Positions 1 to 8,276 of a stretch of 35,862 bases of DNA are shown one piece after another. The translations under genes were made by a program, and so were the position numbers. The notes below the pieces were generated by a model. The model did no database searches. It was not told the origin of the DNA and was given only the letters and a program-made list of their open reading frames with translations. Source of the DNA: a virus (taxonomy: Duplodnaviria > Caudoviricetes); the IMG/VR virus record IMGVR_UViG_3300017963_000512, positions 1 to 35,862 of that record, one strand, 5' to 3'. Within the stretch, counting starts at the first letter, position 1; every line of letters begins with the position of its first letter.

Positions 1-555
1 ACGCGCTCCGGGATCTTCCTGAAAAACCTGATTCCTGGGCGAGTCCATAAGATCACCGCCTTGAACAAACTGGCTAGTCACACTATCAGAATGCTTAGAC
101 ACAATCTCCTGAAGAACCTTCAGTACAGACTTTCTCTTTTTCCCCGCTTGCTCGAGCTCTAATAGCTGTCGTACTTGAGCTGGCCTTAGAAGCCCCACAT
201 TCTTCTTTACGGTAGAATGGTGGGCGTCCAAGAGCTCTTTTAGCTTATTTAGCTCTTCCTTGGCATCGTCCATAGCGTCTTTTGGAGCTGTCTGAGCCAC
301 AGGCTGCTCGTGCCCTGTAGTAAATGTGGGAGAAGCAGCTGGAAGAGCTGAACAGGCCTCTAGAAGCGCTTCTTTGTCAGAAACGGCTAGAGCCCCGATT
401 CTGCAGTTATACATGAGCTGATTCTTTTGTGTGGGGGTTAGCTGGTCCAGATCTACCTCTACAGGACCTGGAGTATCATAGGTGAAGTTCAAGGGCTCAC
501 CTAAAAACAGCATTGATTGTCTATCTCTGTTTGCTAGTGCTACTTGGATATTCAT
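1..555 (-). CDS. Hypothetical protein downstream of the major capsid protein (3' end runs off the window)
   Basis: Open frame from ATG at 555 (MNIQVALANRDRQSMLFLGEPLNF...) with AGGAAAGGA RBS. Absent from the ORF track because it is truncated. Confidence 0.8.
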   Translation of the reverse strand, partial: MNIQVALANRDRQSMLFLGEPLNFTYDTPGPVEVDLDQLTPTQKNQLMYNCRIGALAVSDKEALLEACSALPAASPTFTTGHEQPVAQTAPKDAMDDAKEELNKLKELLDAHHSTVKKNVGLLRPAQVRQLLELEQAGKKRKSVLKVLQEIVSKHSDSVTSQFVQGGDLMDSPRNQVFQEDPGAR

Positions 556-573
556 GTTTCGTCCTTTCCTGAT

Positions 574-602
574 AAAAAGAAGGGGAGGTTGCCCTCCCCT
601 TC
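574..602 (-). terminator. Rho-independent terminator after the major capsid gene
   Basis: Minus strand reads GAAGGGGAGG-GCAA-CCTCCCCTTC followed by TTTTT. Confidence 0.85.
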
Positions 603-635
603 CATTATACTAACTTGCCTTCTAATCCGCTAGGA

Positions 636-1865
636 TTAGCCAAGAACATTAGATGTTGGGTCGATTGCTGCAATGCTACCACTTACGTCAATACTTGCAC
701 GTGCTGGTAGTACCACCTCGTTCGGTACAACATGTACGTTCTTCAGAACGGCAATTGCCTTTCCTTCATTCAGAATGCCGATACCATAGCGCTCACGCAG
801 CTTGATCTTACGGATATCTACGCGTGGGTCATCAAACTCTTCGGTCATGACATCCTCATCAACGATGAGAACACCAAGCTCGCTTGAATCAAACATGTAG
901 ATGTCAGTAAGCTTACGACGTGGGTCGTATGGTACAAATGGGCTAACAATGATACGGAATGGAATGTTCATGTAGCCTGGCAACTGAGGACCAGAGTTCA
1001 GGGTCTGTGGATGATCTGTTAGTGGAGACGGTTGGTCGCCCGAAGCTGAGTTCGGAGGAGTAATCAACTGTCCACCAGAAACACCTAGTCCACCCTGAGA
1101 ACTGTTATCCCAAGGAGCACGTCCTGCAGGATTACCTGTCCAAGTCGCAAAGAAGGTTCCTCCACCATTTTGCAGAACAAAATAGCGTAGGGTTGCGTCC
1201 TTAACGAACATGGTCCAAGTGAGTGGGTGCATCAACAGTGTGTTGGGGAAGAAGCCCTGTGTGATGATCTGCGCATATGCGTCGAAGATATCATCCATAG
1301 TCACAGAACCGTTTCCTGCACCAGCCAAATTACGTCCAGTGGTTACACCCTTGAACGACTTGGTTGGATTCACATTGTCGAATACTGGAACGCCCATACT
1401 TCTAATATAGTCGAAGATTTTCATCTCCTTATGACGGGCCAATGCACGACCTGCAGCGCGTAGATGCATACCAATGACATCAAACTGTGAGTATCGGATC
1501 ATCTCGTCAGTTACCTTAACGGCAATACCAGACTTTCCGATGCTCGCTGTCACTGTTGCTCCACCCATCTGCAAGCTGCGCTCTGGGTATTCCATTCCTT
1601 CAGCAATATCTGCTGCTACCAGAGCTCCCACTGCTGGGAAGGTGATAGTCTGCCCATAAGAATAATTAATTCTCTGTAGCAGGCTAGTTCCAACTAGAAG
1701 GGGCTCTACAGCTTCCTTCACGATGTTGGAGATTACCTTCGGCATGAGCATGGGCGCATTGGGTACCGAAAGGGCGTCCTCGATTGAAAACTGGCCATCC
1801 TCGAATCTTCCGTTATTTTTCCACAGATATTCGAGTTGCTTGGCATCTTTAATTTCGAGAGACAT
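636..1865 (-). CDS. Major capsid protein (probable HK97 fold)
   Basis: 409 aa. Capsid-like segments (ADIAEGMEYPE, KSGIAVKVTDEMIRYSQFDVIGMHLRAAGRALARHKE, KLRERYGIGIL), GGAGG RBS, follows the protease and head genes, followed by a terminator. Confidence 0.9.
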   Translation of the reverse strand: MSLEIKDAKQLEYLWKNNGRFEDGQFSIEDALSVPNAPMLMPKVISNIVKEAVEPLLVGTSLLQRINYSYGQTITFPAVGALVAADIAEGMEYPERSLQMGGATVTASIGKSGIAVKVTDEMIRYSQFDVIGMHLRAAGRALARHKEMKIFDYIRSMGVPVFDNVNPTKSFKGVTTGRNLAGAGNGSVTMDDIFDAYAQIITQGFFPNTLLMHPLTWTMFVKDATLRYFVLQNGGGTFFATWTGNPAGRAPWDNSSQGGLGVSGGQLITPPNSASGDQPSPLTDHPQTLNSGPQLPGYMNIPFRIIVSPFVPYDPRRKLTDIYMFDSSELGVLIVDEDVMTEEFDDPRVDIRKIKLRERYGIGILNEGKAIAVLKNVHVVPNEVVLPARASIDVSGSIAAIDPTSNVLG

Positions 1866-1885
1866 TAATCGGTTACCTCCTTGCC

Positions 1886-3088
1886 TTATCTCGAGATCAG
1901 GTTGATCCTTACAACTAGATTCGCTGCTCCGGCAAAGTGAATCTTATCACTTACACCACCATTCGCAGAACCTGGCATCTGATCCATCTGACCGGCATAG
2001 CCTGGCAGAGAACCAGCTGCGCTGGTGCTGAGACTTGGATAAGCAGTACGTACTCTATCTAGTGCGTCCTTACCCCAAACATCTTCCACCTCAATGACCT
2101 GACCGATGATATCCTTGAAATCCTCGGTAGATGCTGCGGTGTAGTTAGAGTTAGCGTCGCACATTACGAAATCACCAGCAACTAGGTTACCTACTGCGCA
2201 GGCAAACTTAGATACTGATGCTGGTGCTGATGCATAGTGACTATAAACTACCTCATAGTCAGTAGCACCGATAGCACCTGTGCTGTACACAGTGATAACG
2301 CCAGTGGTGAGATCAATGTGCCAGTCACCTGCGGCTACAACATCAGCTGCTGAAGCCTTTTCTACAGCAAACTTGGTTGCTACGTCGCCAGGAGCTCCAG
2401 CACCCTCAGAGAAGGTAATTGGAGTACGGACGGTATTCTTGGCAACTGGTGTGTTGCTCAATGCAACCATTGTAGAAACGTTATTTGCATTGCTATCCTC
2501 TGTCAGAGCTTCCGGAGTGGTTTCAGTAGCTGGAACCAAAGGTAGCTCTAGAACATAGTCGCAAAGCACGGCAGTTCGGTGCTGCAGGTTGTAGTTATGA
2601 CGACGTAGACCCGATGGGTTGAAACCATCATCATAATCACTTGCATCACCAGCCCACTGCCAATAGGCATATGGGGCTACTCCGACCGGTGCGGATACCG
2701 CCAATGCTACGCCAGTCTGACCCATGAAGGCAGTTACTGCCGAAACATTGAAAGTTCCAATAGCAGCGGTTAGTAGTGGCGCACCAGTACGAACATCAAT
2801 TACACCAGCCTCAACATCCTGAGCTGTATAGGTAATTGTTGCGCTACCAAGCCCATACTGAGCTGGTACGAGATGTCCGTTATTGTCGAATGCCAAGATC
2901 TTTCCAGGCATTGCAACAAACCAATCCTCGAAGAACTTATCGTAGAATTGAACTGGAAGCCATGACGCTGGCCTGAATTCGCCGTGTGGTCGGATACCCT
3001 CTGAATGCTCAACAACAGGGATAATATTTCCTACATGATCCCATGTCTTGTGCGTTGGGTTATATCTTCCCAGACTATCGAAAGCCAT
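1886..3088 (-). CDS. Virion structural protein, probable head decoration/cement protein
   Basis: 400 aa, Ala/Gly/Thr/Val-rich beta-type sequence lying between the protease/scaffold and the capsid gene, with GGAGG RBS. Function is inferred from position. Confidence 0.6.
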   Translation of the reverse strand: MAFDSLGRYNPTHKTWDHVGNIIPVVEHSEGIRPHGEFRPASWLPVQFYDKFFEDWFVAMPGKILAFDNNGHLVPAQYGLGSATITYTAQDVEAGVIDVRTGAPLLTAAIGTFNVSAVTAFMGQTGVALAVSAPVGVAPYAYWQWAGDASDYDDGFNPSGLRRHNYNLQHRTAVLCDYVLELPLVPATETTPEALTEDSNANNVSTMVALSNTPVAKNTVRTPITFSEGAGAPGDVATKFAVEKASAADVVAAGDWHIDLTTGVITVYSTGAIGATDYEVVYSHYASAPASVSKFACAVGNLVAGDFVMCDANSNYTAASTEDFKDIIGQVIEVEDVWGKDALDRVRTAYPSLSTSAAGSLPGYAGQMDQMPGSANGGVSDKIHFAGAANLVVRINLISR

Positions 3089-3102
3089 CTGATGCTTCCT
3101 CC

Positions 3103-5496
3103 TTAATTAGTCTCGCTGTCTAGCGGAAGTTTTCCTTCCGCCTGTAGACGCCTGACGTAGGCTCCTGCCTTTTCTCTACCACCCGGAGTAAACATGAGCT
3201 GTTGCACATGTTCTTGAATCTTTACGAGTTCATCGCCGGTTGCTAGGTTAGAGGTAGGACTCTTCTGGTTACCGTCATCGTCCTGGATTGCATTAGGATC
3301 TTCCACAGTTCCCTGTGGCTCTCTTGCCATCCCATCCCCAAGCTTATCAACAATCTTAGTCATGTCAACTTGCTTCAACACTGTGTCGATCTCCGCTTGC
3401 AGGTCGGAATCCGACATCTCAGTAAAGCTAGTTTCTTCTTCAGTCTTGCCATCGCGCAGAGTTCTAAGCATAGACAGCTTTTCTTCCTTAGAGGCTCTGT
3501 TTGCGGCTGTAGCTTCGGTTAGTGCATCTTGTAGTGTTTCCATATCTGAGAATAGACTTGAGTACTCCTTGCGGAGAGCATCCAGTTGATCTCTCAAATC
3601 ACCAACTGTATCCTCAAGCTTCTCAACTTCATCAGCAAGAGCTTGCTCGCATTCTGGATTTGAGGCTAGCTCCTCAGCTACGGCAGCATTCAGGAATGAA
3701 TCCTTACCTACCATAGCTGCTAGTCTCTTTAGAATACCTTGAAGCATCTTGACTTCGCTTTCATCAAGGACTGCTTCCTTTGAGAAATGTTGTGCTTCCT
3801 CGAGGGCAGCAATCACCATATGCATCACACGGCCATGCTCTAGGCTGTCTTGCTGTTGTTCCGCCCCAACAGGCTTCTCAACCGCATCCTTCTTCTTAGA
3901 AGAAGATCCACATCCCATAGCCTTAGCTTTACGCGATACACATGCAAGAATCTTACTTTTATCCCCGCCACCCTTATAGCGACCAATCAGCCTGCGTGCA
4001 GCAGTCACATGTGCGCAATCTGGAACAGGGAATGAACGATCTGGACCACAGAAGGTAGACTTAGCAAGCTTCTTTCTCTTTTCAGAGCTGAGCTTAGCTT
4101 CCTCTAGCTTTGTGATTCCAGCTTGAGCTAGTGTAAATTCTTCATCCTCGAATGCAGCTTCAACTTCTGGCCAGAATACTTCGTCGTAAAACTTATCTAG
4201 ATCCTCGTCGGTAAGCTCCTCTGCATCCATGAAAGCAGTAACAGCGTCTTCTAGACTGCCCTCCTCTGTGTCTGCATTACACTTACTTTTCATTGTCTTG
4301 CCTTTCTTTTTCTTCTTATTAGAAGCATCCTCAACCTCTTCGTCTACAGAGCTGCTTACGTCGTCGCCCTCACTAGAGGCGTCTTCAACATCACCAGTCT
4401 CATCAGCTGATGCAGAATCTGTAATTTCGACATCAGGCTGTACATCTGCGTTCTCCTCAGTCTTCTGTTCAGCTGACTCAGGAGTGTCAGAATCGGTGAT
4501 TACCTCATCCTTGATGGTGGCCTCTTGATCCTTAGGATCCTTCTCTTTGTCGGCCATTCCTTCATCCTCCTTAGCAGCAGAATCATACTGAGGAAATCCC
4601 AGACGCACCTCATAGATTCTGCCCGAATATTCTTCAGCGATTTCAATACTATCTTGAATGCCGTTATAGTGTAGCTCTAAAACCTTGGAATGTCTATCAG
4701 CTGGGACGTTGACAAAGGAATACTCGTCATAGTCAAGGTTACCAGCAATGATAAAGCACTTGGCTCCATCATAAATGGCACCTGGCTTATGCTCGCACTT
4801 CCCTGCATCAGTCCAATCCTGACGACAAATAGAACATACGGCTTTGTCGGTAGTTGCACCAACAGAACCAGTAAGATAACGACCATCTAGTAGCTTCTCA
4901 ATCGCATCTCTATTAGCAATTTGGGCTACGATAGAAATATAGCCCAATCCCTGATATCCCTCATCCTCAAGAAGACTATCTCTTAGAAGGCTGCAGATTG
5001 TATCTACCTGCATGCCAAATGGCATCTTGCCTCCAATAAAGTCCTTGAGGAGGACATCAGTGATAATTCCCTTTTCTTTGCCCATCCTGTCTATGACACG
5101 AAGGCCCTCGGCTAGGTTATAAGCATCTTGAATAGCGCCCGAGGTATCCATATATTGGGCATCAACAATACGACCCACTGGGTCGTTGCCGTCTTGATGG
5201 TGAAGGAGCACGGGCTTTTTATAGTTCTGGGTGAACGTATTCGCGCCCTTCTTCATCTTGTCAGGCAGATAGAATCCATTGTTACGAGTGATGATACCTG
5301 CATGGGTAGCAGCAATACGTACCAGCAGACCACTTTGTAGCTGTTGCTGGTCAGTAGTTCCTAGACCACTCTCATGCTGAGCTCCCTCGGCAGGGGGCTT
5401 AAAGGCACCAGCATAATCGTCCTGGACTTTTACTAAGGCCTGATCGGTAAGGGAAAACCGGACAGCTTCTCGGAATTTTAGTCTGTTGCCACTCAC
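3103..5496 (-). CDS. Prohead protease fused to an acidic linker, a DUF6582-like domain and a coiled-coil scaffold
   Basis: N-terminal KPVLLHH...GRI, GSVG, CSIC..C.H and YDEYSFVNVPAD motifs typical of phage prohead proteases. D/E-rich linker, C-terminal coiled coil, located between portal and capsid genes. Confidence 0.8.
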   Translation of the reverse strand: MSGNRLKFREAVRFSLTDQALVKVQDDYAGAFKPPAEGAQHESGLGTTDQQQLQSGLLVRIAATHAGIITRNNGFYLPDKMKKGANTFTQNYKKPVLLHHQDGNDPVGRIVDAQYMDTSGAIQDAYNLAEGLRVIDRMGKEKGIITDVLLKDFIGGKMPFGMQVDTICSLLRDSLLEDEGYQGLGYISIVAQIANRDAIEKLLDGRYLTGSVGATTDKAVCSICRQDWTDAGKCEHKPGAIYDGAKCFIIAGNLDYDEYSFVNVPADRHSKVLELHYNGIQDSIEIAEEYSGRIYEVRLGFPQYDSAAKEDEGMADKEKDPKDQEATIKDEVITDSDTPESAEQKTEENADVQPDVEITDSASADETGDVEDASSEGDDVSSSVDEEVEDASNKKKKKGKTMKSKCNADTEEGSLEDAVTAFMDAEELTDEDLDKFYDEVFWPEVEAAFEDEEFTLAQAGITKLEEAKLSSEKRKKLAKSTFCGPDRSFPVPDCAHVTAARRLIGRYKGGGDKSKILACVSRKAKAMGCGSSSKKKDAVEKPVGAEQQQDSLEHGRVMHMVIAALEEAQHFSKEAVLDESEVKMLQGILKRLAAMVGKDSFLNAAVAEELASNPECEQALADEVEKLEDTVGDLRDQLDALRKEYSSLFSDMETLQDALTEATAANRASKEEKLSMLRTLRDGKTEEETSFTEMSDSDLQAEIDTVLKQVDMTKIVDKLGDGMAREPQGTVEDPNAIQDDDGNQKSPTSNLATGDELVKIQEHVQQLMFTPGGREKAGAYVRRLQAEGKLPLDSETN

Positions 5497-5497
5497 C

Positions 5498-8263
5498 TTA
5501 CTTCCCCTTTAGTTGACTGTTACAGATAGCAAAGGCAGAGGAGGTAGCTTTCTCCTCACTCATATTTGGATTCTTCTTCCTGAGTCGAGCCTTTACCCTT
5601 GATACACAACGGTCCATCTTTTCTCCATCCGTTAGATTCTCTACTTCTTCTTCGTCTTGTAGGTGATGATCACATGCAACTTCTGCTGCGATTTCTATAC
5701 GGCCTTCATCCCAGTCAGGATGCTGAGATCTCAGTCTAGCCTTAGCCCTAGCAACACATTTTAAAAAACCTGCTCGCTTAGTCCTTGGACCAACCTGAGA
5801 AGCGGCATCCTCTACGTCAGTCACTACCCGAAACGAAGTCTTGCATGCCCTACAAATATAGATGTCTGGAGTGTCTTTCTTCTTAATAGCTGTTTTACCA
5901 CACTTTGGGCATTTTGCATGTCCACCTGTGTCAGGCAGAGGCTTGTCTGCAGGCTCCTCACTCATCTTCACTCCCTTAGGAGGAGGCAACGAGCCCTCTG
6001 CGTCTAGCACTGTAGCATCCCGCAATTGGGTCATCTCTTTATACTGTGTCAGGGCACAGCTACAAGACGCATGATAAGGAGGCACGTCGTCCATTACTAC
6101 GTGCTCGAGCTCTATTGGTTGCGCATGATGTGATTTGCAAGCAGAGCAAGCCTCTTTCCTGGCAACACTATATATCTCATCCACCTGCTGAGCTCTGAGT
6201 CCATATGCCACTCCTAGGCTGTATGCCTTCCTAATCTCAACATCCTCAATAAAGTCTGTGCGATATCGGAAAGATTCTAGAACAGCTCTAGTAGCTCTGG
6301 CAATCTCGGCAGGATCTGTATCATTGTTTACTCGGCGCTTAAGAGAAGAAACTACATGGTTGGCTAGTCTAGAGACGTAGTGATTCGCCCTATCAGTAAA
6401 AATCCCTCGAGCTGTAGTTACTTTATTAGCAAATGTCGGGGTAATATTAGACTGAGACGAATAGCCACTGCGGAAAGAAAGAACCTGCTCTGCAATCAAC
6501 CTTTGGATTGTTGTATCGAGTTCAGCTCGCACCATCTGAGCAGCCCAGTCATGATCTAATTTCTGTTCCTGGGAAACTCTAGACACAACATCCTGAGTAA
6601 GCCTCAAGTAAGCTTGTTGCAGATAACCATTCTGAACTCTCTTTGGACGCGATGGGCGTGTCCCTACATTAGTTGCCTTACCACCAGATGGCTTAGCCTT
6701 AGCAACAGCGACCTTAGCCTTTGAGCGCTCCTTCTCGAGTGCCACTTCTTGATCACTCTGAGCTTGTCCTACTTCCTCTACATCTTTCTGACTCAATTCA
6801 AGAAGACTGTTCTTGGCCACAGCCCTAGCCACAGCAGACCAAGGTTCATCAAGAGACTGAATGAGTAGAGTTGGCTCCTGAAACAGCTTCCATCTCATTC
6901 TATGCCATTGTGGATATTTGAGAGCTGTGTCTTCCTCAGACTCAATCTCTTCACGGGTTGGAATCTCTAGTGGCTCCAAACCTGCACCACGACGGGCCTC
7001 ATCATGATCTATAATGTCCTTTTCGAACAAGTCTGCATAATGATTTTCTTTCTTAATCTGAGCATCTACATCTATCTCCTTGAACTTCATATGGCAGATG
7101 TTTTCTTCGTCTAGAACATCTGAACCAAAAGTTGACTCTAGGAGAAGCTCGTTAATGATGTACTCGTTAATAAAGGTTTCTAGAACCTGTTGAAAATCCT
7201 TCACGGCATCGATTAGGTTACGAGACATATTGTCGGCAGTAGCACGGTTGGCTGTATGGCCTTCACCCATGTCTACAGTTGAGACAGACAGTCCAGAGAG
7301 CACCCTCTTCTTAAAGTGCTCAAGATATGCTTCTGCTCTGAGAGCTCTACCCTCAGCCCCAATTACCTTAATCTCATGACGTTCGGGAGTAACGATACCA
7401 CCCTCAGATGGCATGAATTGAATTTCTCTTCGAACAATATCTACCTCTAGCTGTCCATCCTCAGTAACACCAGCTGGACGGTCATCTGTGCCAACCTTGT
7501 ATTGGAACAGCGGGAACAGATGCTGATAAACAAGCATCTCGATGTTCTCTTCGATCTTACGAAGGGCCCTGATGTCATCGATAACGGGAACTAGAGTAGG
7601 CGTGCCAAAAACAAAACCGTCCTTGCGATCGTAGTGGATGTGGATAATATCTTTGGGAGAATAATCTTTGTACTCACCATTCGGCATCTTCTGACGCCAC
7701 TTAGTGATCTTGTGACCATTCTGCTGATAGTGCATAGTTTCGGCAGGAGCAATAAAGTAACCTGCTACTGGCTTCATAGTAGTCTTCTTGCCTGGCTCTC
7801 GTCTTACTTCGCCACCAGAAGCATCTATGTTACGTACCTTGATCACAAAGGCATTTGACTTACGAATAAGGCTAGATCCAATAGATCGAAAAAGGGCCCT
7901 AGTAGGAACACCAGAAGCACGAGCAATCTGCGCAAAACGAGTCTTGATGTACCGGATGGTCTTGAGGTTCTTGCCGGTAATATCCCAGCCTTCTTTGAAC
8001 ATAAGAGCAACCTTCTTATCAAAGGCCTGCCTTACGTAACTATCTGTATCCTCGATACGGCCAATCTCAGCTAGGTCATACTCGGCAGGATTGAAGGCAC
8101 CTCTACCAACTGAGCGTGTAGTTCGATACCTCATTACTGGGTCTCTAACTGGGCGCATCAAAGCTGGTCTTTTGGTCTGTGGGACTGGAGCCTTAATATC
8201 TGGGACTGCGTCCTTGACTAAGAACTGTCCTCGTTTGAATATTTCTACGCCGAAAATCTTCAA
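5498..8263 (-). CDS. Portal protein with C-terminal MuF-like (head morphogenesis) and zinc-ribbon extension
   Basis: Portal-like core (DIIHIHYD...GFVFGTP...DDIRALRKIEEN, GLSVSTVDMGEG..ANRATA). C-terminal CSAC...PPYHASCSC and CPKC...CRAC. TTG start with GGAG RBS. Confidence 0.85.
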   Translation of the reverse strand: MKIFGVEIFKRGQFLVKDAVPDIKAPVPQTKRPALMRPVRDPVMRYRTTRSVGRGAFNPAEYDLAEIGRIEDTDSYVRQAFDKKVALMFKEGWDITGKNLKTIRYIKTRFAQIARASGVPTRALFRSIGSSLIRKSNAFVIKVRNIDASGGEVRREPGKKTTMKPVAGYFIAPAETMHYQQNGHKITKWRQKMPNGEYKDYSPKDIIHIHYDRKDGFVFGTPTLVPVIDDIRALRKIEENIEMLVYQHLFPLFQYKVGTDDRPAGVTEDGQLEVDIVRREIQFMPSEGGIVTPERHEIKVIGAEGRALRAEAYLEHFKKRVLSGLSVSTVDMGEGHTANRATADNMSRNLIDAVKDFQQVLETFINEYIINELLLESTFGSDVLDEENICHMKFKEIDVDAQIKKENHYADLFEKDIIDHDEARRGAGLEPLEIPTREEIESEEDTALKYPQWHRMRWKLFQEPTLLIQSLDEPWSAVARAVAKNSLLELSQKDVEEVGQAQSDQEVALEKERSKAKVAVAKAKPSGGKATNVGTRPSRPKRVQNGYLQQAYLRLTQDVVSRVSQEQKLDHDWAAQMVRAELDTTIQRLIAEQVLSFRSGYSSQSNITPTFANKVTTARGIFTDRANHYVSRLANHVVSSLKRRVNNDTDPAEIARATRAVLESFRYRTDFIEDVEIRKAYSLGVAYGLRAQQVDEIYSVARKEACSACKSHHAQPIELEHVVMDDVPPYHASCSCALTQYKEMTQLRDATVLDAEGSLPPPKGVKMSEEPADKPLPDTGGHAKCPKCGKTAIKKKDTPDIYICRACKTSFRVVTDVEDAASQVGPRTKRAGFLKCVARAKARLRSQHPDWDEGRIEIAAEVACDHHLQDEEEVENLTDGEKMDRCVSRVKARLRKKNPNMSEEKATSSAFAICNSQLKGK

Positions 8264-8276
8264 GAGACTGATCTCC

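Noticed and set aside
604-638. TATAAT on the minus strand and a small hairpin right after the capsid stop codon
   Set aside because: There is no convincing -35 box and it lies immediately upstream of the terminator, so it cannot be supported as a promoter.
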